Shown: positions 18,253 through 28,723, numbered from the stretch's first letter. The stretch is 64,000 nucleotides of DNA from an uncultured Gemmatimonadaceae bacterium (GCA_963790305.1 CAWBOC010000009.1:800001-864000); one strand, 5' to 3'. Numbers and translations are program-made. The notes: generated by a model from the sequence alone, not told the origin.

Positions 18253-20469
18253 GAATGCTTGTCCTATCGAGAAATGAAACGTCAGCTTCTGAAAGAAGGA
18301 ATCGTCCCGGCGCGGCGTGAAGGATGTCGGGCATCCCTCGCCGAATCCGTTCGGCAGCGTGTTCCCTGGGCTGACGCACCGGAGGCGGCTGGGGTTTCCG
18401 GTGATCTCATCACGGACGATCGTGTACGCCGAACCCCGCTGCTGCGCATATCTGTTGTACGCGAGATCGAACCGGATAGGTCCAACTGGTGATGCGATCC
18501 GGAGTCCCACCCCGGGCGTCCAGCGAAACTGGTCGAGCCGAACGGTTTCCGCACGCCGGTTGTAGACCTGCCCGCCGTCAACGAAAAGTGCGAATTGGAG
18601 CAGATCCCGAAGGAAGGGCGGCCGCATCCGCAATTCCGCGTTGACGATAGCCAGCGCGTTGCCACCGGTCGGTGAGGTGCGGATGACTCCAATGGTGTCG
18701 TCCGCCACAAAGATCGTGTCGCCGGACGGAAGAATCGAGTCCACTCGAGCCGCGTTGACGAGATACACGAGCGGCCCCAGCTCGTTCTGCCGATAGCCGC
18801 GAACGGAGTTCGGCCCGCCTCCGTACATCCGCTCCTGGGGGGGCACGAAGTCGTCAGCCCCCCGCAAGGTACCGAGGGCCAGCACTCCGCCGAGCTGGAG
18901 ACGGGAGGCGAAGGTGATCCCAGGGCTCAATCCCTTATACCAGTTCGCTTCACCCGTCCACTTGTTGAAGCGAAAATCCGACCCGATGAGCCGTGACGAG
19001 TGGCGCCATTCGAGGCGTACAATGTCGCCGCGTCGCGGGTCGTACAGATTGTCGGTCCGATCGCGCGAGAGACTCACGCGGCCGGTGGCGAGCCGCGTGT
19101 TCTGCGTGAGCTCGCTGATCGCCTGCAGCTCGCAGACGTTGAACACGGCGCAAAACACGGCGTCCGCCGCCTGTGTGCGCCCATACTCGAGTTGATAGGC
19201 AAGGGTGAGCGGCGTTCGCGGACGCGTCTCGCGCGTGACCGAGGCGACACCACCGATCGTCGTGCGGCGCAGATACGCGTCGAGCTCGGAGTAGCGCTCG
19301 CTGAAGAGCGTCAGCGTCGGCGCCAGCCGCAGTCCGAACAGCAGCGGCTGCCTCAGCGTCGCGCCGGCGTAGTAGTTCACCGTGTCGCTGAAGACGTCGT
19401 TCCGCACCTGCAATGCGCACAGCTGCTCCACGCCGTCGAGCGGGTAGCCCACGCCGATCTTCGAGAGTCGGCCATTCACTTCGAGACGACGGGCGCCGCC
19501 AATGAAATCCCGGTCGACGAAACGACCCTGCGCTCGAAAACAGTCCAGCGTCGCCCACCCCGCGCCGAGGCGGACCGAGTGCATCGCCGCCTCGCTCAGG
19601 AGCACGCGGACTGCAAGCAGCGAATCGCCGGGCGGCTGCAGGCTGTCGGGCGCGGGGCGGATCTCGACGTGCGCATACGTCTCGAGCTGATAGAGATCGC
19701 GTTGGCTGCGAAACAGATCCTGCTCGCGAAAGATCTCGCCGACCCGGAGCGAGATGAGCCGCCGCACCTCCGCTTCGGAAATCTCCTGGCGCTTTCCTTC
19801 GCGCGGCTGGATCTCGACGTCGATGCGCGCGATGCGCGTCACGCGACCGGGGAGGAACTGCAGCTCGACGTTCGCCCGGTTGCGCAGCGTGTCGACCACG
19901 TAGTTACGCAGCCGCTCCGCGCGGGCGAGGCCCTGGTCCCGGAGGCGGTCAATGACGGAGGCGACACGGCGCTCCAGGTCCAGCTGGTCGAATCGGCCCC
20001 CGCGCATCTGCTCCAGCGCGCGCGCGAAGCGTGGACCGTCGCGCACCGAATCCAGACCGCTCACGCTCATGGAATCGATGAGGACGGGAGGTCCTTCGCC
20101 GATGTCGAAGCGGATGTCGACGCGACCAGGCTCCTTCACCGCCACCAGTGTGTCGACGGTTGCCTTGTAGAAGCCGCGCTGCCGGTAGAAGAGGCGGAGC
20201 CGAAGGACATCGCGCTGGAACTCGACGCGATCCAGACAACGTTGCGCGCCGAAGAAGAGGCCGACCCGACGCCAGAAGCTCGACGGCGTCGTGGCGATCG
20301 CGGCCTCGAGCTCATCGTCGGGAAAGGTCTCGTTGCCGCGAAACTCGATATCGTCGACCCGAACATCACCAGGGTCGCATTCGAGATCCTGCGCGCCGGC
20401 CGCGGCCGGCACTACGAGGAGGAGCGCGACCGCTAGTGGCGCGACATGTCGTGTGACCCGACAGCTCAC
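18250..20469 (-). CDS. Omp85-family (TamA/BamA-like) outer membrane protein with POTRA domains
   Basis: Signal peptide, IEFRGN POTRA, GGPNSVRGY, SPVGPIRFDLAY, C-terminal FHFSIGQAF. Confidence 0.9.
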   Translation of the reverse strand: MSCRVTRHVAPLAVALLLVVPAAAGAQDLECDPGDVRVDDIEFRGNETFPDDELEAAIATTPSSFWRRVGLFFGAQRCLDRVEFQRDVLRLRLFYRQRGFYKATVDTLVAVKEPGRVDIRFDIGEGPPVLIDSMSVSGLDSVRDGPRFARALEQMRGGRFDQLDLERRVASVIDRLRDQGLARAERLRNYVVDTLRNRANVELQFLPGRVTRIARIDVEIQPREGKRQEISEAEVRRLISLRVGEIFREQDLFRSQRDLYQLETYAHVEIRPAPDSLQPPGDSLLAVRVLLSEAAMHSVRLGAGWATLDCFRAQGRFVDRDFIGGARRLEVNGRLSKIGVGYPLDGVEQLCALQVRNDVFSDTVNYYAGATLRQPLLFGLRLAPTLTLFSERYSELDAYLRRTTIGGVASVTRETRPRTPLTLAYQLEYGRTQAADAVFCAVFNVCELQAISELTQNTRLATGRVSLSRDRTDNLYDPRRGDIVRLEWRHSSRLIGSDFRFNKWTGEANWYKGLSPGITFASRLQLGGVLALGTLRGADDFVPPQERMYGGGPNSVRGYRQNELGPLVYLVNAARVDSILPSGDTIFVADDTIGVIRTSPTGGNALAIVNAELRMRPPFLRDLLQFALFVDGGQVYNRRAETVRLDQFRWTPGVGLRIASPVGPIRFDLAYNRYAQQRGSAYTIVRDEITGNPSRLRCVSPGNTLPNGFGEGCPTSFTPRRDDSFFQKLTFHFSIGQAF

Positions 20470-20717
20470 CGGGGCGCGGACGTCCCAGGCCGTTTTTGGG
20501 GAGTGCGCCTCACGATGGCGCCGCGCTCGTCGATCTCCGGAATGCTCGTCTCGCGCGCGATGGGCGCGCGCTGGAGCATCATCCGCGCGAGGTAGAAGGC
20601 CGCGAGCCCTGCCCCGACGGCGAGTCCCGCCGCCGTGAGCGTCTCGCGCGCGTCGAGCTGCCGGCGGATGTAATAGACGGCGGGGGGAAGAAGACGAGAG
20701 CCGGTGTCGGGCTTCAT
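20466..20717 (-). CDS. Small hypothetical membrane protein
   Basis: One hydrophobic helix; 4-bp overlap with the Omp85 gene. Confidence 0.6.
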   Translation of the reverse strand: MKPDTGSRLLPPAVYYIRRQLDARETLTAAGLAVGAGLAAFYLARMMLQRAPIARETSIPEIDERGAIVRRTPQKRPGTSAPR

Positions 20718-20741
20718 GGTCGCGGGTTAGGGAGAAAAGAT

Positions 20742-20869
20742 TGCGGACGCGAATGCGGAATTCGGAATGCGGATTCTTATGATTGACCTACGGGTATCGA
20801 CAGTTCATCACAACTATCCGCATTCCGCATTCCGCATTCGAGTTCCGCATTCGAGTTCCGCATTCGAGT
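20742..20869. repeat. Inverted tandem-repeat element, family B (GCGGAAT)n...(ATTCCGC)n, copy B1
   Basis: Heptamer arms, with a 13-bp variant unit (TTCCGCATTCGAG) in the right arm. Confidence 0.88.
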
Positions 20870-20870
20870 C

Positions 20871-21791
20871 CTACACCGTATGCACGAGAATCGTCCCCGG
20901 TCCTCTCTGCTTCGCCCGTCGCTTGACGTCCGCGGCGAGCGAGCCGATCTGGCCAATGGACGTGAAACGGTCGGGCTGCACCAGAAGAATCGCAACCGAG
21001 AGACGAGCGATCGGAAATTCGCGCGCGCGGCCGTCGCGGTCGATCCCCATGAAGTGGCCTCGACGCACAGCCTCCTCGCCCACCGCATGGGCCGCCACCT
21101 CGACGAACCGGCTCGCCGTCTCCCGTCCGATCGCCTCGGCGCGCTCCGCTACCGTCACGACAATGAAGTCGTCACCACCGATATGACCGACGAAGTCGCG
21201 CGGCGTGCCCACCGCCTGCACTGCGGCACGCACCGCGGCGCCCATCTCGCGAATCACGGTATCCGCCGCCGTGAAGCCGAACGTGTCGGCGAACGGCTTG
21301 AAGTTGTCGAGATCAATGTAGCACACCGCAAACGCTTCATTCTGCTGCGCGCGCCGCGTGATCTCTTCCTCGATCGCCGTACCACCGGGTAGCCCACTCG
21401 TGGGGTTGCGATCCCCTTCGCGCCGCACGATGCGCAGCAGTGCGACGACACGCGCGCGAAGCTCACGCGGATCGAACGGCTTGGCCAGATAGTCGTCGGC
21501 GCCCGCCTCGAAGCCGGCGACCTTGTGGTCGACGTCTCCCTGCGCGGTCAACATGAGAACCGGAATTCGAGCGGTGAACGGGTTACGCTTGACGGCACGG
21601 CAGACCTCGAAGCCCGACATCCCGGGCATCACGAGATCGAGCACGAGCAGGTCCGGCTCCCGCTGCTGAATGGATGCGAGAGCCGTCACGCCATCGGCGG
21701 CGAGCGCCACCTCGTGTCCCGCTGACTCGAGGATGTCGCGCACCACGAGGCGCATGTCCTCGTTATCGTCCACGAACAGCAGGTAACTCAC
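20871..21791 (-). CDS. Response regulator with GGDEF-type domain (GGDDF variant)
   Basis: REC domain; DLDNFK and GHIGGDDF. Confidence 0.9.
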   Translation of the reverse strand: MSYLLFVDDNEDMRLVVRDILESAGHEVALAADGVTALASIQQREPDLLVLDLVMPGMSGFEVCRAVKRNPFTARIPVLMLTAQGDVDHKVAGFEAGADDYLAKPFDPRELRARVVALLRIVRREGDRNPTSGLPGGTAIEEEITRRAQQNEAFAVCYIDLDNFKPFADTFGFTAADTVIREMGAAVRAAVQAVGTPRDFVGHIGGDDFIVVTVAERAEAIGRETASRFVEVAAHAVGEEAVRRGHFMGIDRDGRAREFPIARLSVAILLVQPDRFTSIGQIGSLAADVKRRAKQRGPGTILVHTV

Positions 21792-21886
21792 GATTGACGC
21801 TGCGCTTAGGGCGCGATAAGGTTCACCGGCGCGGACGCCCGTGTCAACGGTACGCGATCGTGCATCCCCCGATAACGATCCGACCC

Positions 21887-23437
21887 ATGCGCCGACTGCT
21901 CTCCGCGCTCGTTCTCTTCATCGTCATCGCCTGCCGGGGCGGCGAATCCGCACCGCAACGCCGGACGCTGATCGATTCCCGGGATACCTACGACCCGAGA
22001 ACGCTCGATCCCGCGCTCGCCACCAATGTGCCGAGCGGACGCGCCGTCGCATATGTCTTCGATGGGCTGACGCGGTTCACCCCCGACGCGCGCCTCGAGC
22101 CGGCGCTCGCCGAGCAATGGGACGTGTCGCCCGACGGGAAAGTATACACGTTCCATCTGCGCCGCGGCGTGCGCTTTCACGACGGAACGCCATTCCTCGC
22201 GCGGCATGTGGTGAAGAGCTTCCATCGCGTTCTCGATCCCACCACCAAGAGCACGGGGCCCTGGGTGCTCTACCCCATCGACGGTGCGCGCGAGTTCGCC
22301 GATCGCCGGAACCCGTCAATTCGCGGGATAGTTGCTCCCAATGACTCGACCGTCCGCATCACGCTCGCCCAGCCGCTGGCGATCTTCCTCAAGCTGATGG
22401 CGATGCCGGTGGCCTCGATCGTTCCCGATTCGGTCGGGGCGGACTTCCGCGAGAACCCGGTCGGCACGGGACCGTGGAAGTTCGTCGAGTGGCGGCACGA
22501 CGACTACCTGCTGTTCGCGAAGAATCCGGACTACTTCGACGGAGCGCCGAGGACCGACTCTCTCCGCGCCCGCATCATTCGCGAGCCGAGCACGGCGGTC
22601 GCCGAGTTCGAGGTCGGCAATGTCGACCTGCTCTACGTTCCCGAGGCGGAGACGCGCCGATGGGAGCAGACCGACGAGCGAAACGCCACGCTCGCCGCCG
22701 CGCCGGCGCTGCGCCTCTGGTACGTGGGCATCAACACGACGCGCGGACCGCTGCGCGACGTGCGCGTGCGCCAGGCGATCAATCACGCGATCGACGTCGG
22801 CGTCATCCTCGACCGGTTGGTCGGCGGACGGGGGCGCCGTGCCGCCGGCGTCATCCCCCCGGTGCTCGACGGCGCGGACACGACGCGGGTTCCCTACGCA
22901 CATGACATCGGCCGCGCAAAGCAATTGCTGACTCAGGCCGGCTTCCCGAACGGCATCGACATTGACCTCTGGCATTCGGACAACGAGAGCTTCTCGCGCG
23001 TCGCCCAATCGATCCAGAGCTATCTCGCCGAGGCCGACATTCGCGCGCGGCTCGTGCAGCGCGAGGCGGCGGCGATGCGTGCCGCGGCACGCAATGGCGA
23101 GACCGACATGGTCCTGAAGGACTGGTACGCCGACTACCCCGACGCCGAGAATTTCTTGTATCCGCTGCTCCACACCGCGAATCGCGGTCTCGGCGGAAAC
23201 GTGTCCTTCTATTCCAATCCCGAGTTCGACCGTCTGGTGGACCAGTCGCGCGTGGAGCTCGACAGCGCGCGGCGCGTGGAGCTCTATCGACGCGCCGACT
23301 CCATCGCGTTCGCCGACGCGCCAATGGCGTTTCTCTTTTTCTATAACGAGCTGTATGCGGTGCAGCCCTGGGTTAGAGGCTTCCAGGTTCCCGTCATCTT
23401 CAACGGGCAGCGGTGGGTTCTGGCGGAGCTTCGGTGA
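21887..23437 (+). CDS. Peptide ABC transporter substrate-binding lipoprotein (DppA/OppA family)
   Basis: Lipobox VIAC, YTFHLRRGVRFHDG, PVGTGPW, VRQAI; start reassigned to ATG at 21887. Confidence 0.9.
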   Translation: MRRLLSALVLFIVIACRGGESAPQRRTLIDSRDTYDPRTLDPALATNVPSGRAVAYVFDGLTRFTPDARLEPALAEQWDVSPDGKVYTFHLRRGVRFHDGTPFLARHVVKSFHRVLDPTTKSTGPWVLYPIDGAREFADRRNPSIRGIVAPNDSTVRITLAQPLAIFLKLMAMPVASIVPDSVGADFRENPVGTGPWKFVEWRHDDYLLFAKNPDYFDGAPRTDSLRARIIREPSTAVAEFEVGNVDLLYVPEAETRRWEQTDERNATLAAAPALRLWYVGINTTRGPLRDVRVRQAINHAIDVGVILDRLVGGRGRRAAGVIPPVLDGADTTRVPYAHDIGRAKQLLTQAGFPNGIDIDLWHSDNESFSRVAQSIQSYLAEADIRARLVQREAAAMRAAARNGETDMVLKDWYADYPDAENFLYPLLHTANRGLGGNVSFYSNPEFDRLVDQSRVELDSARRVELYRRADSIAFADAPMAFLFFYNELYAVQPWVRGFQVPVIFNGQRWVLAELR

Positions 23438-23440
23438 ACG

Positions 23441-23565
23441 AGGGGTCAGGAGTCAGGAATCAGCGGTCAGGGGGTGTCAGGGTGAAGGTTCGAGGAGAGA
23501 GCTCGCGCGATTCACAACCTCTTCCCTGACACCCCCTGATCGCTGACTCCTGACTCCTGACCCCT
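23441..23565. repeat. Family A element, copy A2
   Basis: GGGGTCAGGAGTCAGG...CCTGACTCCTGACCCC between the binding-protein and permease genes. Confidence 0.9.
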
Positions 23566-23567
23566 AG

Positions 23568-24489
23568 ATGCTCTCCTTCGTCGCTCGCCGGCTCCTCCTC
23601 GCGATTCCCACGCTGTTCGGCGTTCTCGTCGTCGTCTTCCTGCTCCTGTACATCGCGCCGGGTGATCCGGTGATGGGAGATGGTCGGCGAGCGCGCGGAC
23701 GCCGAGACCATCGCGCGGCTGCGCGCGGAGCTGCGGCTCGACGATCCCGTTCCGGTGCAGTTCGCGCACTACGCCGGAGGAGTGCTCAAGGGCGACCTCG
23801 GAACATCCTACATCACCGGGCGGCCGATCGCGCGCGACATCCTCGAGCGGTTCCCCAAGACGTTGCAGCTTGCCACCGCCGCGATGCTGCTCGCCGCATC
23901 GCTCGGCATCACCATCGGCGTACTCAGCGCGCGACGGCCGGGCAGCACGTTCGACCGCCTGGCAATGGGCGGTGCCTACCTCGGCATTTCGTTCCCGGTC
24001 TACTGGGTGGGGTTGATCCTCATCCTCGTGTTCGCGGTGTCGCTGCGCTGGCTTCCGCCGTCCGGGTTTGGACGCATCGAGTATCTCGTCCTTCCCGCGC
24101 TTGCGTTAGGCACGCGGTCGATCGCCTTTCTCGCCCGCATGACGCGGTCGGCGATGCTGGAGGTGCTGGGCAGCGACTTCATTCGAACCGCGCGCGCCAA
24201 GGGGTTGCGCGAGCGGGTCGTGCTGGGGCGCCACGCGCTCCGCAATGCGCTCATCCCCATCATCACGGTGCTCGGCCTCGACTTCGGCTACTACCTCACC
24301 GGGAGCATCCTGACCGAGACGATCTTCTCGTGGCCCGGGATCGGTCGCTATGTAGTCAACGCCATCGCGCGCCGCGATCTCCCCGCGATTCAGGGCAGCG
24401 TCCTCTTCTTGAGCGTCGTCTTCGTGCTCGTCAACCTCGTCACCGATCTGCTCTACGCGAAGGCGGATCCACGGGTGCGGTACGACTGA
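23568..24489 (+). CDS. Peptide ABC permease (DppB/OppB); +1 frameshift near 23676
   Basis: RRLLLAIPTL...PGDPV N-terminus joins ORF 23680..24489 (TARAKGL, HALRNALIP, DPRVRY) if one G is removed. Confidence 0.88.
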
Positions 24490-24493
24490 ATTT

Positions 24494-24620
24494 GGGGTCA
24501 GGAGTCAGGAGTCAGGGGTCAGGGGTGTCAGGGTTGGGGTGTCAGCAGAAGTACACGCAGTTCTCTCCTGCAACCCATACCCTGACACCCCCTGACCCCT
24601 GACTCCTGACCCCTGACCCC
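24494..24620. repeat. Family A element, copy A3 (spacer in opposite orientation)
   Basis: Same arms; the spacer reverse-complements to GGGTATGGGTTGCAGGAGAGAA. Confidence 0.9.
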
Positions 24621-24624
24621 GAGT

Positions 24625-25650
24625 TCAGACGCCGGCCTCTTCCTTTACGCCGAAGACGGCCATGTGTGACGAGTGGCCCGGATTCACCTTCTTGTCCGGG
24701 TAGATCCAGTGCACGGCCTGGTTCACGGCGATTGCCGCTTCCGAGTAGCCGGTCGCAATCAGCTTCAGCTTCCCGGGATACGTCGTGATGTCACCCGCCG
24801 CCCAGATTCCCTGGCGGCCAGTCTCCATCGCGCTATTCACGACGATCTCGTCCTTCTCGAGACTGAGCCCCCACTCCGCCATCGTGCCGAGGTCGCTCAC
24901 GAAGCCGAGCATCGGCAGAATCGCATCGCAGTCGATCGCGACGGTGGTCTTGGCCTTGATGTCCTTGAGCACCACACCGGAGAGATTCTCGCCATTGCCG
25001 GTGATGTCCTGCAGCTCGTGGAAGGTGAGCATCCGCGCCCGCCCCTCTGCGGACGCCGCGCGAATCTCTTCGACGGTTGCCGCATGCGCGCGAAAGCGGT
25101 CGCTGCGGTGCGCGAGCGTGACTGACGAGGCGCGATCGAGCAGCTGATGCGCCCAGTCGAACGCCGAGTCACCGCCGCCGATGATGAGCACCTGCTTGCC
25201 ACGGAACCGCTCGGGATCGAGCACCCGATCGTGAATGCCCTTGCCGTACCAGGGCTCGGCGCACGGCTGCGGAAGCCGGCGCGGCGAGAACGCCCCGATG
25301 CCGGCGGCGATCACGATGGCCTTCGTCGGAAACCGGTCCGTTTCGGTGACCAGCGTGAAGGTCCCGCCGTCCTCCTCGAGGGAGACGACGCGCTGATCGA
25401 AATGCATGGGTGCGCCGAACTGCTTTGCCTGCTCGAGCTGCCCCGCCACGAGGTCCTTCGCCAGCACCCGAGGAAACCCCGCGACGTCAAAGATGTACTT
25501 CTCTGGGTAGAGGGCGGTCAGCTGACCCCCGGGTTCGGACAGCGCGTCGATGACCTGCGCGGAGACTCCGCGCATGCCTGCGTAGAAAAGGGCGAACAGT
25601 CCCGTGGGGCCGGCGCCCAAAATGGTGATGTCTTTAGGGTCGTGCTGCAT
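24625..25650 (-). CDS. Thioredoxin-reductase-like ferredoxin-NADP+ reductase (YumC type)
   Basis: GAGPTG, GGQLTALYPEKYIFDVAGF, GGGDSA, YPGKLKLI, PGHSS; no CxxC. Confidence 0.88.
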   Translation of the reverse strand: MQHDPKDITILGAGPTGLFALFYAGMRGVSAQVIDALSEPGGQLTALYPEKYIFDVAGFPRVLAKDLVAGQLEQAKQFGAPMHFDQRVVSLEEDGGTFTLVTETDRFPTKAIVIAAGIGAFSPRRLPQPCAEPWYGKGIHDRVLDPERFRGKQVLIIGGGDSAFDWAHQLLDRASSVTLAHRSDRFRAHAATVEEIRAASAEGRARMLTFHELQDITGNGENLSGVVLKDIKAKTTVAIDCDAILPMLGFVSDLGTMAEWGLSLEKDEIVVNSAMETGRQGIWAAGDITTYPGKLKLIATGYSEAAIAVNQAVHWIYPDKKVNPGHSSHMAVFGVKEEAGV

Positions 25651-25671
25651 GCGATAAAAGTTAACACCCGA

Positions 25672-25764
25672 AGACGTCAGGTGTCAGACGTCAGGGGATC
25701 AGTAGCCAGGGAAGCGCGACGTAGTTGTCAGTTCTGAATTCTGAAATCTGTATTCTGAACTCTG
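25672..25764. repeat. Degenerate or hybrid heptamer element (TCAG-periodic left arm, CTGA-periodic right arm)
   Basis: GACGTCAG/GTGTCAG/ACGTCAG ... TTCTGAA/TTCTGAA/ATCTGTA/TTCTGAA between divergent genes. Confidence 0.6.
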
Positions 25765-25770
25765 TCATCT

Positions 25771-26841
25771 TTGCCGTTCATGCAAACCACGGGCGAAGAC
25801 CACATTCTCGACTATGCCGGCGCCTTCCGCCTCCTTCGCAAGGTCGCGGACGGCGGCATGGCGACCGTCTATGAGGCCGAGCAGCTGGGCCCGGCTGGAT
25901 TCGCCAAGCGGGTCGCGCTCAAGGTCATTCATCCGCAGTACGCGTCAGAGCGCCACTGGCTCCAGCTCTTCATCGACGAGGCCAAGCTCTCCGCCAACCT
26001 CGCGCACGGCAACATCGTGCAGATCTACCAGCTCGGCGAAGTCGATGGGCAGTACTACATGGCGATGGAGTACATCCAGGGGCCGACGCTGCGCTCGATC
26101 ATCGATCGGCACGCCGAGCTGCGGCAATCAATGCCGCTTCCGATCGCCGCCTACATCGCGTCGCGCGTGTGTCGTGCGCTCGACTACGCGCACAACTTCG
26201 TCGCACCCGGTGGCCAACGGCTGGACGTCGTGCACCGCGATGTCTCTCCCGGAAACATCATGGCGTCGTGGGACGGACACATTAAGCTGGCCGACTTCGG
26301 CATCGCCAAGGCGCGGACCTCGTTCGATCCCGCCGCCGAGCGGCACATTCTCATGGGGAAGAAGCACTACATGTCCCCGGAGCAGGCGCTCGCTCTCGCC
26401 GTCGACGCACGCTCCGACGTCTTCACGTTAGGCGTCGTGCTCTACGAGATGCTCACCCTCGAGCCGTTGTTCAAGGAGGACATCACGGACCTCCTCCTCG
26501 ACGAGGTGACGGTGCATCCGCTCCCGAGCGTCCGGGCGCGCGTGCCGCAGCTGCCCGGTGAGATCGAGGACGTGCTGACGCGTGCGCTCTCGCGCGACCC
26601 CAACCGCCGGCCCACCGCCGCGGCGATGGGCCACGCGCTCGACCGATGGATCGAGCGCCAGCGTCCGGTCGCGACACCCGATCGATTGCAGGAGCACCTG
26701 GCGACGATCTTCCCCACCTCCCAGAAGCGAATCTCGGGATCCTCGAGCAAGGCGGAGACGCCGACGAAGTTCTCGAACTTCAAGCGCGGGTTGAGGCGGC
26801 CGAGGAAGCCCGGGTTGCTCTCGAGGCTGTTCGGGCTGTGA
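25771..26841 (+). CDS. Hanks-type Ser/Thr protein kinase (cytoplasmic, no sensor domain)
   Basis: GGMATV, VALK, HRDVSPGN, DFG, YMSPEQ. Confidence 0.92.
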   Translation: MPFMQTTGEDHILDYAGAFRLLRKVADGGMATVYEAEQLGPAGFAKRVALKVIHPQYASERHWLQLFIDEAKLSANLAHGNIVQIYQLGEVDGQYYMAMEYIQGPTLRSIIDRHAELRQSMPLPIAAYIASRVCRALDYAHNFVAPGGQRLDVVHRDVSPGNIMASWDGHIKLADFGIAKARTSFDPAAERHILMGKKHYMSPEQALALAVDARSDVFTLGVVLYEMLTLEPLFKEDITDLLLDEVTVHPLPSVRARVPQLPGEIEDVLTRALSRDPNRRPTAAAMGHALDRWIERQRPVATPDRLQEHLATIFPTSQKRISGSSSKAETPTKFSNFKRGLRRPRKPGLLSRLFGL

Positions 26842-26845
26842 GGGC

Positions 26846-26930
26846 AGGTCGTCGAGGATGTCGAGGATGTCCATGTGATCGAGGCGCCTTCACCTTGATC
26901 ACCTCGATCACCTAGACGACCTCGACAACC
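26846..26930. repeat. Inverted tandem-repeat element, family C (GTCGAGGnn)n...(nnCCTCGAC)n, copy C1
   Basis: 9-mer arms just after the kinase stop codon. Confidence 0.85.
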
Positions 26931-26979
26931 CGCGAGCGCCACTCTTCACGCGCGTCCCCGCCCGCGTTAACGTGCCCGC

Positions 26980-27525
26980 ATGAAGATCTACACCAAGACG
27001 GGCGACAAGGGCGACACCGGGCTGTTCGGCGGTGGGCGGGTTCCGAAGAATCATCCGCGCGTCGAGGCCTACGGCGACATCGATGAGCTCAACGCCATCC
27101 TCGGGATGGTGCGGTCGGTCGAGATGATGCCCCGCATCGATGAAGTCCTGGTGCCGGTTCAGCGCGATCTCTTCTCGCTTGGCGCACTGCTCGCCACGCC
27201 GCACCCGGAGAAGGTCAAGCAGCAGCTCGAGAAAGCGCGCATCGATGACGCGCGCATCGCCGAGCTCGAGCGCGCGATCGACGAGGGCGAAGCGGAGCTC
27301 GAGCCACTCGAGGCATTCATCCTCCCGGGGGGAACGCCCAAGGCGTCGGCGCTGCACGTCGCGCGCACGGTGTGCCGCCGCGCCGAGCGCCGCGTCATCG
27401 CCCTCGGCGCCGAGGTCGAGGTCCCGCAGATCGTCGTCATGTACCTCAATCGTCTCTCCGATCTTTTGTTCGTGCTCTCGCGTGTCGCGAACCGGCGGGC
27501 GGGCGCGGGGGAAGTCACGTGGTAA
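26980..27525 (+). CDS. PduO-type ATP:cob(I)alamin adenosyltransferase
   Basis: KIYTKTGDKG, FILPGG, RTVCRRAER, YLNRLSD. Confidence 0.95.
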   Translation: MKIYTKTGDKGDTGLFGGGRVPKNHPRVEAYGDIDELNAILGMVRSVEMMPRIDEVLVPVQRDLFSLGALLATPHPEKVKQQLEKARIDDARIAELERAIDEGEAELEPLEAFILPGGTPKASALHVARTVCRRAERRVIALGAEVEVPQIVVMYLNRLSDLLFVLSRVANRRAGAGEVTW

Positions 27526-27526
27526 G

Positions 27527-27632
27527 GCGAATGCGGATTGCGGAATGCGGATTCGATGCATGCCAAGATGATTCCAACGTGTCGCGAGGCATCCCGACGT
27601 CCCAGAATCCGCATTCCGCAGTCCGCATTCGT
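27527..27632. repeat. Family B element, copy B2
   Basis: GAATGCGGATTGCGGAATGCGGATTC...GAATCCGCATTCCGCAGTCCGCATTC. Confidence 0.9.
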
Positions 27633-27640
27633 CCCTGACC

Positions 27641-28723
27641 GTGCATTCAATCTCCCTCCCCACCTACGACGTTCTCGTCAAGCACGGCGCTCTCGCCAGC
27701 GTCGCCGACATCGCTCGCGCGGCCACGCGCGCCAATCGTTATGCGGTGATCACCGACAGCAACGTCGTGCGCGGGCACGCTGAGCGCGTCGTCCAGGCGC
27801 TGGGGTCGGTGGGGACGAGGACGTTTACGGTGCCGGCGGGGGAGGCCTCGAAGACTCGGGAGACATGGGCACGGCTCACCGATGAGCTGCTCGAAGCGGG
27901 CTTCGGGCGCGACGCGGCAATCATCGCCGTGGGCGGTGGCGTCATCGGTGACCTGGCAGGGTTCGTCGCCGCGACGTTCATGCGCGGAATCAAGTACGTG
28001 CAGGTGCCGACGTCCTTGATCGCGATGATCGACGCCTCCATCGGCGGCAAGACCGCCGTCGACACGCCGCGCGGGAAGAATCTCGTCGGCGCCTTCCACC
28101 AGCCTGCGGCAGTCCTCGCGGATCCGGCGGTGCTCGGCACGCTCCCGCCCGCGCATTTCCGCGCTGGACTCGCTGAAGCGCTGAAGCACGGCGTGATCGC
28201 CGACGCCATGTACCTCGAGCGAACGATCGCGGACACGCCGATGCTGCTCGAAGCGGCAACGCGCCGGGCCGACGCAACGGAGGCGCTCGTCGCCCGGAGC
28301 ATCGAGATCAAGGCCGAGATCGTGAGGCGGGACGAGCGCGAGCAGGGGCTACGTCAGGTGCTGAACTTCGGACACACGATCGGGCACGCGATCGAGGCGG
28401 CCTCGGGCTACACCCTCCTCCACGGCGAATGCGTCGCCGTTGGCATGGTGTACGAAGCGACCATGGCGGTGAAGATGGGAGTCGCCGGCCCCGGCACCGC
28501 GCGCGATGTGCGGCGCGCGGTAGACCGGGTCGGTCTTCCGACCGCGCTCCCCGCCGGCGTAACGATCGACCGCCTGATCGCCCTCATGCGCGCGGACAAG
28601 AAGGTCCGCTCCGGCGCGCTCCGGTTTGCGCTGCCGCGCGAGATCGGCGCGATGGCGAGCGGCGATGGGACGTGGTCGGTTCCCGTCAATGAATCGGTCG
28701 TTCGGGCGGTGCTGGCGGCCTGA
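27641..28723 (+). CDS. aroB: 3-dehydroquinate synthase
   Basis: GEASK, GGGVIGD, DASIGGKT, KNLVGAFHQP, LNFGHTIGHA, HGE. Confidence 0.95.
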   Translation: MHSISLPTYDVLVKHGALASVADIARAATRANRYAVITDSNVVRGHAERVVQALGSVGTRTFTVPAGEASKTRETWARLTDELLEAGFGRDAAIIAVGGGVIGDLAGFVAATFMRGIKYVQVPTSLIAMIDASIGGKTAVDTPRGKNLVGAFHQPAAVLADPAVLGTLPPAHFRAGLAEALKHGVIADAMYLERTIADTPMLLEAATRRADATEALVARSIEIKAEIVRRDEREQGLRQVLNFGHTIGHAIEAASGYTLLHGECVAVGMVYEATMAVKMGVAGPGTARDVRRAVDRVGLPTALPAGVTIDRLIALMRADKKVRSGALRFALPREIGAMASGDGTWSVPVNESVVRAVLAA

